A DNA stretch of 20,000 nucleotides from an uncultured virus (IMG/VR IMGVR_UViG_3300032307_000587) (IMGVR_UViG_3300032307_000587), one strand, 5' to 3'. Numbered from the stretch's first letter, positions 7,988 to 15,575 are shown. Translations and numbers: made by a program. Notes: generated from the letters alone by a model not told the origin.

Positions 7988-8057
7988 GATAGGGTGTAGT
8001 TTTAATTTTTTATACTTATTTGTTTGATTTGTTTGATATTAAGATAACCATTCGTAT

Positions 8058-8237
8058 TTAGATTTTACCCATTTCTTCAATTTTCTTTTTTAGCCTTTGT
8101 TTGATGCAATTTTCAATCATTTCTTTTCCGTATGAATTGAAATAAAATTGGTCATTTTCTCTAATCGCCCAAAGGCATTTCAATATAACATCTACATTTA
8201 TATCGTGGCTAATATTTTCAATTGGTTTTTGTTTCAT
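8058..8237 (-). CDS. hypothetical protein (59 aa, absent from ORF track)
   Basis: Manual translation MKQKPIENISHDINVDVILKCLWAIRENDQFYFNSYGKEMIENCIKQRLKKKIEEMGKI; ATGA overlap with the upstream stop. Confidence 0.6.
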   Translation of the reverse strand: MKQKPIENISHDINVDVILKCLWAIRENDQFYFNSYGKEMIENCIKQRLKKKIEEMGKI

Positions 8238-8422
8238 TTTTTTAATTCTATTTTCCCTGATTCAACTTTCACATAAGAAAAGCACCGACCATTGTTGTGT
8301 TCATAAGGAGGGCTTGAAAAGTATGATACGCTTTCACCACTACCATTGATAGTTGCTAAATATCTTTTGCAAGTTTCCTTTAAAGGACAATCTGTGCCGA
8401 TGCATTTCGTTATATTGCTCAT
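8234..8422 (-). CDS. small Cys-rich (probable metal-binding) phage protein
   Basis: Start reassigned to MSNITKCIGTDCPLKETCKRY; ends SYF..PPY....C. Confidence 0.7.
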   Translation of the reverse strand: MSNITKCIGTDCPLKETCKRYLATINGSGESVSYFSSPPYEHNNGRCFSYVKVESGKIELKK

Positions 8423-8423
8423 A

Positions 8424-8621
8424 TCAATCCATTTGATGAAAATTGCGAATATCCGAAGCATCCATTGTGGTTTCAATCGGTGTATTCATTACTTGTTTGA
8501 TTTCCTCAAGCAGCCCAATAATAAAATGAGGGGTATAATTAATATCAACTTCCTCATTCTTTAAGTCTGCAATAGCTTGTTCGATAGCTTTGTCGATTAG
8601 TTCGTTTGCTTGTTTTAACAT
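8424..8621 (-). CDS. hypothetical protein
   Basis: 65-aa ORF coupled to both neighbours. Confidence 0.65.
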   Translation of the reverse strand: MLKQANELIDKAIEQAIADLKNEEVDINYTPHFIIGLLEEIKQVMNTPIETTMDASDIRNFHQMD

Positions 8622-8890
8622 GGCTTTTTTATTCTATTTAATTTTTCAATGATGATTTCGATGTCTGATTGGTCTAATTTAGCGAAAAATAGGTGTGTAT
8701 TGCTTGTCAGGTTGCCTTTAAATTGCTTTTTGATACTATCTAACGATGTACCCTTTTTTATGCGCTTAAAATCAAAAGGCTCGTTTGTTGATTTTCTTAA
8801 AATAGCCAATTCGCTAATTTCTTTTCCAATACTTAAATTGTGTTGTTTAAGTTGAATGATTTGATTTGGTTTGATTAATTGTGATTGCAT
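8615..8890 (-). CDS. hypothetical protein
   Basis: 91-aa basic ORF; TAATG stop/start overlap. Confidence 0.65.
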   Translation of the reverse strand: MQSQLIKPNQIIQLKQHNLSIGKEISELAILRKSTNEPFDFKRIKKGTSLDSIKKQFKGNLTSNTHLFFAKLDQSDIEIIIEKLNRIKKPC

Positions 8891-9159
8891 TACTCTGTCA
8901 TTAGTGTTATTTTGCCCTCTAATTTAAGTCTGTAAAAAGTCGCTCCTTCGGGGTGTGTACCTTTTGGTTTGCGCTCTTCTAAGATTTCTACTACCTTACC
9001 GCTCTGATTGTAATAGTTGCCGTTAATTCTACCCATGTGATAAAATTCATCCCCTAATTCAATCTTGGTAAGTGATACAATGTTTGCTACTGCATCTTTT
9101 TCATTTGCTATCCATTCCATTAGGTGTGGATACCCTTTAAATGTGTCTAAATTTGTCAT
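8890..9159 (-). CDS. hypothetical protein
   Basis: 89-aa ORF in a tightly packed array. Confidence 0.7.
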   Translation of the reverse strand: MTNLDTFKGYPHLMEWIANEKDAVANIVSLTKIELGDEFYHMGRINGNYYNQSGKVVEILEERKPKGTHPEGATFYRLKLEGKITLMTE

Positions 9160-9163
9160 ACGA

Positions 9164-9361
9164 TTATTTATTTTTAAAATTTTGATGTTTGATTGATTGT
9201 TTTTTCTCCCAAAGTTTTGCGTATATATACTTGGCTCTTATGCTTTCGGGGTGTTCTTTAACGACTGATTGGATTTCGCTTATTGCGTGGTCTAAATCCG
9301 CTAAATCCGTACAATTGACAACTTTAAAGTACGGGTTTTGTAGTTTGGTTTTTAAGTTCAT
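9164..9361 (-). CDS. hypothetical protein
   Basis: 65-aa ORF in a tightly packed array. Confidence 0.65.
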   Translation of the reverse strand: MNLKTKLQNPYFKVVNCTDLADLDHAISEIQSVVKEHPESIRAKYIYAKLWEKKQSIKHQNFKNK

Positions 9362-9374
9362 TATTTGCTTTTGG

Positions 9375-9755
9375 TTAATATTGTTTCGCTAATCCTAAAG
9401 TGTAATCGAATGAGTATCTTGCAACCTCTTTGCCCTCTTCTAATACAACCGCCCATAGTATATCTTGCGTTGGTCTATGTTCGTATTGTTTTGCTAATAT
9501 CATTTGAATGAAGTCTTCTGTAATATTTAACTCCGTTTTATTTACTTTAAATTGTTCTGAACCTTCGTAAAACCTAACTTCATTTTGTGGTTTGGGTTCA
9601 TTTGAATCTTGCATAATTTTTAATTTATCTTGTTTTAGTCTATACCATATTTGCGCTCTTTGAGTTGCAGTTAATTCGCCATTCTGCAATACCTTTACAA
9701 TAGCAATATTGATGTTTTTAATTTGCTCTTCTTTAGTGATGTTGTTTGCTGACAT
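9375..9755 (-). CDS. hypothetical protein, first gene after the promoter at 9788-9817
   Basis: 126-aa ORF with poly-A leader. Confidence 0.7.
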   Translation of the reverse strand: MSANNITKEEQIKNINIAIVKVLQNGELTATQRAQIWYRLKQDKLKIMQDSNEPKPQNEVRFYEGSEQFKVNKTELNITEDFIQMILAKQYEHRPTQDILWAVVLEEGKEVARYSFDYTLGLAKQY

Positions 9756-9775
9756 TTTTTTTAATTATTTAATTG

Positions 9776-9837
9776 TTAATATGAGAGCAAAGGTAGTATT
9801 ATTATTGGTAATTGCAAGTTTGCAACCAAAATAATTT
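9776..9837. repeat. 62-bp intergenic direct repeat, copy 1
   Basis: 57/62 identical to 13582..13643. Confidence 0.9.
9788..9817 (-). promoter_or_regulatory. Bacteroidota sigma70-type promoter (-33 TTG, -7 TACCTTTG)
   Basis: Minus strand TTGCAATTACCAATAATAATACTACCTTTG matches the TAnnTTTG consensus; intergenic, upstream of the ATG at 9755. Confidence 0.8.
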
Positions 9838-9877
9838 TCAAAATAGCTTTAAATAGCTGAAAATGAGGGAGAAAAAT

Positions 9878-10378
9878 TTATATAACTTTTAACCTTTTTA
9901 GGATTATAATCAATAAAATAACCCCAACAAAGTATAAAATGTTAGGTAATTTAAAGTCCTTTTTGCGACTTTTATCGAGTTGTTTGTATTGCTTTTGATG
10001 AACAATAGTAGTGTCTATTCTGTCAGCTAATTTAAGGTCATATACTATGTGACCATTAACCAATCTGATTGTAAGTTTATAGTCTTTGTTATCAATAAAG
10101 ATAGGTTTAATCTTTAGACTTTGTTTGATTGTCTTAATGCGTTCCTTTGTGAAACAAGTGTCTAATAGATACAAACTATCGACTACCCGCTTTTCAACGA
10201 ATAGTCGAGTTGTATCGTGAATACTATCCCCTTTGATTAATTTTGTAATTACCTTAGTAGAATCCGTTTCGGACAAACAACCTAAATCTTTTGCTTTATT
10301 TAGAACTCTTTGACATTTTTTTTCTGCGCTACATGAGGCTAAAATAACCACCAAAGCGAATAGTATTAATTTTTTCAT
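9878..10378 (-). CDS. lipoprotein with C-terminal TM helix: unimolecular spanin (u-spanin) topology
   Basis: Signal peptide MKKLILFALVVILAS-C (lipobox); beta-rich middle; C-terminal TM ILYFVGVILLIIIL followed by KRLK. Confidence 0.65.
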   Translation of the reverse strand: MKKLILFALVVILASCSAEKKCQRVLNKAKDLGCLSETDSTKVITKLIKGDSIHDTTRLFVEKRVVDSLYLLDTCFTKERIKTIKQSLKIKPIFIDNKDYKLTIRLVNGHIVYDLKLADRIDTTIVHQKQYKQLDKSRKKDFKLPNILYFVGVILLIIILKRLKVI

Positions 10379-10380
10379 TT

Positions 10381-10725
10381 TTATTTTATAAGTGTGCCTT
10401 GAAAATTCATTACATCATTTTTAAAGTAAACTTCGCCATTTTTCTTGATATGACCCCCTCTATTGTATTTTGCTTGTGGCATAAAGTTTATATGATTGTC
10501 TTTAGGCGTACTAACGGCTTGTACTTGAATTGCGGAAACTCCATCAAAGGATATTTCTCCGTAACCCGTTCCATCCATCCTTAGTTTACCATTGACCGTT
10601 CTGTTTGAGCCAATACCCGCACTTTGATACAGACGACCTTCAAACTCATAGGTTTTTCTTTGTTTCTCTTTTGAACACCCTACAAGGGCGAGTGCTACGA
10701 ATAGCATTAATACTAATTTTTTCAT
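10381..10725 (-). CDS. lipoprotein of unknown function
   Basis: MKKLVLMLFVALALVG-C lipobox; beta-rich mature part. Confidence 0.75.
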   Translation of the reverse strand: MKKLVLMLFVALALVGCSKEKQRKTYEFEGRLYQSAGIGSNRTVNGKLRMDGTGYGEISFDGVSAIQVQAVSTPKDNHINFMPQAKYNRGGHIKKNGEVYFKNDVMNFQGTLIK

Positions 10726-10741
10726 TCTTTTATTTGGGGGT

Positions 10742-10900
10742 TTATTTTTTGGTTGAATCTTCTAACACAACGAATTTTACTCCATCAATTGATTCTGTTT
10801 TTACCTTACCTTGTTTCATTAAGGCATAGATATGTTGTGTTGTTACGTTTTTTTGTAAAGCGTAATTTCTTACGGTGATTAGGTTTTGTTTATTACTCAT
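10742..10900 (-). CDS. small Xis/MerR-like winged-HTH DNA-binding protein (52 aa, absent from ORF track)
   Basis: Manual translation MSNKQNLITVRNYALQKNVTTQHIYALMKQGKVKTESIDGVKFVVLEDSTKK fits the pattern ITV..YA....V....IY.....G.......G..FV. Confidence 0.7.
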   Translation of the reverse strand: MSNKQNLITVRNYALQKNVTTQHIYALMKQGKVKTESIDGVKFVVLEDSTKK

Positions 10901-10908
10901 TTTTATTA

Positions 10909-11127
10909 TTATTTACTTGGTTGCAAATTTAAAGTATTATTGTTGCAATTTAAAATCTTTTTATTAGCTAAATCGTTAGTACGCATTATTTTTTCTTTTA
11001 AAACCGCCAAATACAAATCCATATTGAAATTACCTACGTTTGACCAATAGTTTATTTGTTGGCATAGACGTTTATGCGCAATCGATTCGATTTTATCGTT
11101 AGTTTTTTGAAAATGCGGAATATACAT
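10909..11127 (-). CDS. hypothetical protein
   Basis: 72-aa ORF overlapping the upstream gene end. Confidence 0.55.
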   Translation of the reverse strand: MYIPHFQKTNDKIESIAHKRLCQQINYWSNVGNFNMDLYLAVLKEKIMRTNDLANKKILNCNNNTLNLQPSK

Positions 11128-11479
11128 TGTAAGGGTTGTTTTTAAATAATTTACGGGCTAATTCTGTGGTTAAAAATGATATGTTTTCGCATAGGACATC
11201 ATAATCGGTTAATACGTTGGAAATATTCCCTATTTGACTCATACCGACAATCACAATATTCCCAAAAATAGGCAGTTCATATTCATTGTGCATAATTCCA
11301 TTGTTGTTGTCTTTATAAAAGCCATAATAATCCGCAAAAATCACGTCACTATTTGAGAAAATATAAGGACAAACAAAAGTATTGCAGTTGTTACCAATTT
11401 CTTTCATTATGTCCTTATAATTATTCACGATAATAGCATCAATTGTTCTGTTATTGCAGTCGATTTTGTAGCCAATCAT
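11099..11479 (-). CDS. DUF3846-like protein
   Basis: KID....I......YKDI...IG, D.IF.D..G, PIFGNIVIVG resemble this family; the usual acidic DEEG motif appears as DYYG. Confidence 0.45.
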   Translation of the reverse strand: MIGYKIDCNNRTIDAIIVNNYKDIMKEIGNNCNTFVCPYIFSNSDVIFADYYGFYKDNNNGIMHNEYELPIFGNIVIVGMSQIGNISNVLTDYDVLCENISFLTTELARKLFKNNPYNVYSAFSKN

Positions 11480-11495
11480 TTTTTAAATTTTGAAA

Positions 11496-11503
11496 CAAAT
11501 ATA
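11496..11503 (-). promoter_or_regulatory. possible Bacteroidota -7 promoter element (TATATTTG)
   Basis: Intergenic TAnnTTTG 16 bp upstream of the ATG at 11479; no clear -33 box. Confidence 0.4.
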
Positions 11504-11515
11504 CGGAATTAATTG

Positions 11516-12562
11516 TTATAGGTTTTCTACTTTAGCTTTAGCCCATTTTTTAAAAGCATCAAACTTAAATAGTATATCTTGAAAAGTTTCGTTGTCCGCT
11601 TCAATAAATGTTCTATTTATTTCAAAACTATCAACCCAAACATTGAGTTTCTTTTTTATAGGGGCTTTAGCTAATTTGTCAGCCTCTTTTTTTGCTTTTT
11701 GAATTTCCGCCAATCTTTCGGCTTCTGCTAATTTTTCGGCTTCAACTTTTGCCCTTAGTTTGGCTTCTGCTTCTTTTCTTTTATTTGCTTCGATAAGTGC
11801 CAACTCTTTAGCTTTTTGACGTTCTTTCTCCAACTTATCTTCCATAGCTTTTCTTTCATCTTCAATAGCTTTATTTTTTGCTTTAAGGATTCTATCATTC
11901 TCTTCTTTTTCTAACCTTACTTTTTCTTCCTTTTCCTTTAATTCAGCTTTTAATCTTTCGTTTTCTATCCGTACTCTTTCCCTCTCTTCTTCTTCCGCTT
12001 TAGCTTTAGCAATACGCTCTTCTTCGGCTTTTATTTCCGCTTGTTTTTTTGCTTCAATTTCAGCCTCATGTTGCAGTTTTGCGCCATTAAAAACATTCAT
12101 ATAGTCAGCATCGGGCATCATTCCCAAATCATATCCGCCAAATACAAATTTCTTATATGGCTCTAACTCTTCTAACCTTTTGGCACGAAGTTCGTCAACA
12201 CGTTTTTTTTCTTGTATTTCAAAGTGTTTTTCAATCTCTTCTAAATTAGCTTCCATGCGCAAATTGATTTCAACTTCAACACGTTTTGTGGCATCTACAA
12301 ATTGTCCGCCTCTCAAAAAATATTCTTTAGCGTTTTTGTGCCAAACTTCGATACCTTTAGTTCGGTTGTCTTTAATTAACTTCTTTAATTCTTTTGCCTT
12401 TTTTGAGGTTAAGGGGTCATTGATGTCCAAATTAATGATAGTATCATACTGCTCAATCAAAACATTACGTTCCAATCTTAGTTGAGGGAGATTCGCCATC
12501 AATTCATTGACTTTTGTTGGTTCAAGACCAAACTCATTCGGGTTTACTTTTTCTTTGCTCAT
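11516..12562 (-). CDS. long coiled-coil (E/K/A-rich) phage protein
   Basis: Start reassigned to MSKEKV (12562) because the longer GTG start lies inside the promoter; extensive heptad E/K/A repeats. Confidence 0.8.
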   Translation of the reverse strand: MSKEKVNPNEFGLEPTKVNELMANLPQLRLERNVLIEQYDTIINLDINDPLTSKKAKELKKLIKDNRTKGIEVWHKNAKEYFLRGGQFVDATKRVEVEINLRMEANLEEIEKHFEIQEKKRVDELRAKRLEELEPYKKFVFGGYDLGMMPDADYMNVFNGAKLQHEAEIEAKKQAEIKAEEERIAKAKAEEEERERVRIENERLKAELKEKEEKVRLEKEENDRILKAKNKAIEDERKAMEDKLEKERQKAKELALIEANKRKEAEAKLRAKVEAEKLAEAERLAEIQKAKKEADKLAKAPIKKKLNVWVDSFEINRTFIEADNETFQDILFKFDAFKKWAKAKVENL

Positions 12563-12588
12563 ACTTATTTTTTTTATTAATTGGTTCA

Positions 12589-12618
12589 CAAATGTAATAT
12601 TAAACTTGACAACTGCAA
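12589..12618 (-). promoter_or_regulatory. Bacteroidota sigma70-type promoter (-33 TTG, -7 TACATTTG)
   Basis: Minus strand TTGCAGTTGTCAAGTTTAATATTACATTTG; same 30-bp spacing as the other three copies. Confidence 0.8.
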
Positions 12619-12647
12619 ATATTATATTAATTCTAATGATTTATTTA

Positions 12648-12821
12648 TTAACAAGCCAAAAAACCTATTATACAACTAATCATTGCTAATACTAATATAA
12701 TGGTCATTAAATTAGCGGTTTTTTCTGATTTTTTTGCTTGAATTGAGTTTGCTATGCTAAATCCCATAGCGATGAAGGTGAATCCACCTATAAATGCCAT
12801 TGCTCCTAATATTTCATTCAT
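12648..12821 (-). CDS. small 2-TM membrane protein (57 aa, absent from ORF track)
   Basis: Manual translation MNEILGAMAFIGGFTFIAMGFSIANSIQAKKSEKTANLMTIILVLAMISCIIGFLAC fills the gap between the DenV-like gene and the promoter. Confidence 0.65.
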   Translation of the reverse strand: MNEILGAMAFIGGFTFIAMGFSIANSIQAKKSEKTANLMTIILVLAMISCIIGFLAC

Positions 12822-12840
12822 ACTTTTTCTTCTATTTTAA

Positions 12841-13311
12841 TTAATTATACCAATAAGGGGTTTCTCTATTTTTCCATTTTGCAAAACTTTTTTTCGCTCC
12901 AATATAGTAGTTTCTGTAAGATTGAACAACATCATTCTTTACTTTGTATTCTTCGGGCATTGCTTGGGGTTGTTTAGTCACTCCAATATCATTGATAACG
13001 GGCTTGTTAATTAAACACCAATCAATGACTTGTTTTGACTTATGTACCTTCCCATACCTAAAGGTATATTCCTCACATAATTGAGTAGCTAATTCGCAAA
13101 GCAATAGGTAATTTGATAGTGATTCCCTTGCCCATATACTACAAGGATGATTAATATGTGATAATTTATAAGGTATAGGTAATTGGCTACCAATAGCGTG
13201 ATGTACGCCACATAGTAATTGTGCGCTTTCAAGAATCATTTTAACAACGTGTTTGTCGCAATGATATTCTGCGCATTTTTTTACATTATTGTCTAAGAAA
13301 AATATATTCAT
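12841..13311 (-). CDS. pyrimidine-dimer DNA glycosylase / T4 endonuclease V (DenV)-superfamily protein
   Basis: MNIFFLD....CAEYHCDKHVVKMILESAQLL, HINHPCSIWAR, EYTFRYGKVH, QAMPEEYK, YRNYY...K..FAKW; start reassigned to MNIFF. Confidence 0.75.
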   Translation of the reverse strand: MNIFFLDNNVKKCAEYHCDKHVVKMILESAQLLCGVHHAIGSQLPIPYKLSHINHPCSIWARESLSNYLLLCELATQLCEEYTFRYGKVHKSKQVIDWCLINKPVINDIGVTKQPQAMPEEYKVKNDVVQSYRNYYIGAKKSFAKWKNRETPYWYN

Positions 13312-13327
13312 ACTACTAATAGTCTTT

Positions 13328-13564
13328 TTAAAATAATTCTGTTTTTTCAAACCCAAGAAACTTGTTTACTTTTTTTTGCAAACCGATATATAATGTTGGA
13401 GATATAATATATTTTTCCCATTCATTAGGGTTGTCTTCGATTGATTTTTTGGTAATATCCATTATCATTACTATTCGCTCTCTAAGTATTGCTAATTCGA
13501 TACTACTAAGGTCATTTAATAAGTCCTTAATTAAGGTTTCGTTTGTTACCATTTTTTTACCCAT
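13328..13564 (-). CDS. hypothetical protein, first gene after the promoter at 13594-13623
   Basis: 78-aa helical ORF. Confidence 0.7.
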   Translation of the reverse strand: MGKKMVTNETLIKDLLNDLSSIELAILRERIVMIMDITKKSIEDNPNEWEKYIISPTLYIGLQKKVNKFLGFEKTELF

Positions 13565-13581
13565 TATGTATTTTTTTGTTA

Positions 13582-13643
13582 TTAATATGAGAGCAAAGGT
13601 AATATTAATATTGGTAATTGCAAACTTGCAATCAAAATAATTT
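13582..13643. repeat. 62-bp intergenic direct repeat, copy 2
   Basis: 57/62 identical to 9776..9837; the flanking tgaaaatgag...aaaaattta is also shared. Confidence 0.9.
13594..13623 (-). promoter_or_regulatory. Bacteroidota sigma70-type promoter (-33 TTG, -7 TACCTTTG)
   Basis: Minus strand TTGCAATTACCAATATTAATATTACCTTTG; intergenic. Confidence 0.8.
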
Positions 13644-13718
13644 GTAAATCATTGAAAATGAGATGTAAAAAATTTAAACAAAAGCCTATTAAGTCCTCAA
13701 TGTAGAGTATCTTTTACA

Positions 13719-14039
13719 CTAAATACTAACTACTATTGGCTTGTTATTATCAGGATTATCATATATAATGTAGTCAAACATTCCATGACTAATTTGCAAT
13801 TCAAATATTTTATCATCAATAGAAAGTTTGTTAAATTTGCTTATTGGCATATCATGTTCGTTTTTGTCGCTAAACCAATATGTTTCATAAAAATGATTCA
13901 ACATTTTTGACAATGCTAAATCTATGTTTTTAGCTTTTATTGTATATTCAAATATCCCATCAGCCATGTAATGTGATGCACCTCTTCTGTCGGGGTGATT
14001 TTGTATTTGTTGTATTAAAGTTGCTTTGTAAATTGGCAT
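13719..14039 (-). CDS. hypothetical protein
   Basis: 106-aa ORF. Confidence 0.7.
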   Translation of the reverse strand: MPIYKATLIQQIQNHPDRRGASHYMADGIFEYTIKAKNIDLALSKMLNHFYETYWFSDKNEHDMPISKFNKLSIDDKIFELQISHGMFDYIIYDNPDNNKPIVVSI

Positions 14040-14043
14040 AATG

Positions 14044-14391
14044 TTATTTTTTAATTTCTAAGTCTTGTTTTGTTAGTGCAAAAATAAAATTTTGAAAAGT
14101 ATGTACATATTCCAATACTACGGATGAACCATAGTCAATAAATTTACCATGACGAACAACGATTAATCTATCTTTGAAATTATATTTGAATCTGTATTGA
14201 TTTTCTTTATTGTCAAACTCATATTTTTCAAGCCCAAACATTATTAACCATCTTTCAGTAAGTAGTATTGGTTTATATGTTTTTAAGCCTTTATTATCCC
14301 AAATATCAAAAATTGACCTTGCATCAATCTTAACAACCAAATCATTGTTGTATAGATAATTCCCTATTCTAAGTTCTTTTATATCAATCAT
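14044..14391 (-). CDS. phage protein, 'ELRIGN...PI.LT..WL..FG...YVH.FQN' family, paralog 1
   Basis: Three conserved blocks shared with 14393..14797. Confidence 0.75.
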   Translation of the reverse strand: MIDIKELRIGNYLYNNDLVVKIDARSIFDIWDNKGLKTYKPILLTERWLIMFGLEKYEFDNKENQYRFKYNFKDRLIVVRHGKFIDYGSSVVLEYVHTFQNFIFALTKQDLEIKK

Positions 14392-14392
14392 T

Positions 14393-14797
14393 TTATTTTT
14401 TAATTTCTAATTCTTGTTTTTCAAGAGCAAAATATATGTTTTGAAATTGATGTACATATTCAAATTTTGCTATTGCCCATGTAGGAGGTGTTATACCATC
14501 AATGCAAAGCGAATAGCTATTATCATCGTTTAAGTAGCTTTTTAACACTCTGTATTTCCCTTTTTGCCATACATTGCATCCACTCATTTTAATGTTTGTT
14601 TTCTCAAACCCAAACTTCAACAACCATTCCTCTGTTTGTGGTATTGGTTCTATTTCATCGTATGCAGCAGCACCTATGTGTCGTGTTTTTAGATTATCTA
14701 AAGTAACACTATATTTCCTAATTTCTGACCATACACAATATGCCTCATTTTCATAATTTACTAAATTTCCTATTCTTAATTCATTTTCTTGTATCAT
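14393..14797 (-). CDS. phage protein, 'ELRIGN' family, paralog 2
   Basis: Start reassigned to MIQENELRIGN; C-terminus EYVHQFQNIYFALEKQELEIKK. Confidence 0.75.
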   Translation of the reverse strand: MIQENELRIGNLVNYENEAYCVWSEIRKYSVTLDNLKTRHIGAAAYDEIEPIPQTEEWLLKFGFEKTNIKMSGCNVWQKGKYRVLKSYLNDDNSYSLCIDGITPPTWAIAKFEYVHQFQNIYFALEKQELEIKK

Positions 14798-14801
14798 ATT
14801 A

Positions 14802-15107
14802 TTATTTTTTATTTTTTGATTTGTACAATTCAACTTCACCTTCGTATGCTGCTTTTGATAGCATCATATCAATGTCGGTTATATCACTACTTAGTTCTTT
14901 AATTATTGTTTGAACATTATATCGAGCCAATTTATGAGTAGTAACATCGTATGTTATCTCTTGATTACTTTCAATTAAATGTAGAACCAAATTCTCTTCG
15001 GTTAAACTCACTAAAAACCAATGCCTATCACTTCTAAATAGTATTCTAAATGATGTCTGTATCCTTATAAATAATGGGGTTGATTTGAACTTTTTAAATA
15101 TTTTCAT
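14802..15107 (-). CDS. hypothetical protein
   Basis: 101-aa ORF. Confidence 0.7.
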   Translation of the reverse strand: MKIFKKFKSTPLFIRIQTSFRILFRSDRHWFLVSLTEENLVLHLIESNQEITYDVTTHKLARYNVQTIIKELSSDITDIDMMLSKAAYEGEVELYKSKNKK

Positions 15108-15152
15108 TCTTGTATTTTACTTTTATGTTGTTAAACTATAATAAATGATTTC

Positions 15153-15575
15153 TTATTTTACTTTAGTTTGCGAGTATTTTTTAATTTCCGCTTTTACCAA
15201 TAGGTAATAATAGTATTCATTTTTTATTTCGTATAGAACGCTAAGTGTTTTATTGACAACTATCAATGCACATTTTTTACAATTCTCTATTTTCTTATCA
15301 TAGCTAAATATAAACCCTTCTTCACCATCAATTTCACTATCAACCAAATTATCAAAGCTATGAATTAATTCTTTTGCCTCTTCTTTGGCTTTATCCCCTA
15401 AATCATATAATGTAGGCTCTTGACAACGGATGATACTTCTTACTTCATCAATTGTAGCCTTGCCTTTACTGACACAAATTGCATCATTTGAGTATAGGTA
15501 GTATTTGTTGTTTTTACCTAATCGAATCGTATATCCTTCCAATCCGCCAACTTGTATCACTTCTATTATTTGCAT
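15153..15575 (-). CDS. hypothetical protein
   Basis: 140-aa ORF; C-terminal KEEAKELI..F...KKCALIVV...L...YY..VK.EI pattern. Confidence 0.7.
   Translation of the reverse strand: MQIIEVIQVGGLEGYTIRLGKNNKYYLYSNDAICVSKGKATIDEVRSIIRCQEPTLYDLGDKAKEEAKELIHSFDNLVDSEIDGEEGFIFSYDKKIENCKKCALIVVNKTLSVLYEIKNEYYYYLLVKAEIKKYSQTKVK

Noticed and set aside
8085..8091. A_AAA_AAG slippery heptamer in the 8058..8237 ORF
   Set aside because: The -1 frame stops after two further codons, there is no downstream structure, and such runs are common in AT-rich DNA.
11516..12562. Tape-measure, SMC or TolA assignment for the coiled-coil protein
   Set aside because: No Walker motifs or TM segment, and it lies in the early block; any similarity would be compositional only.
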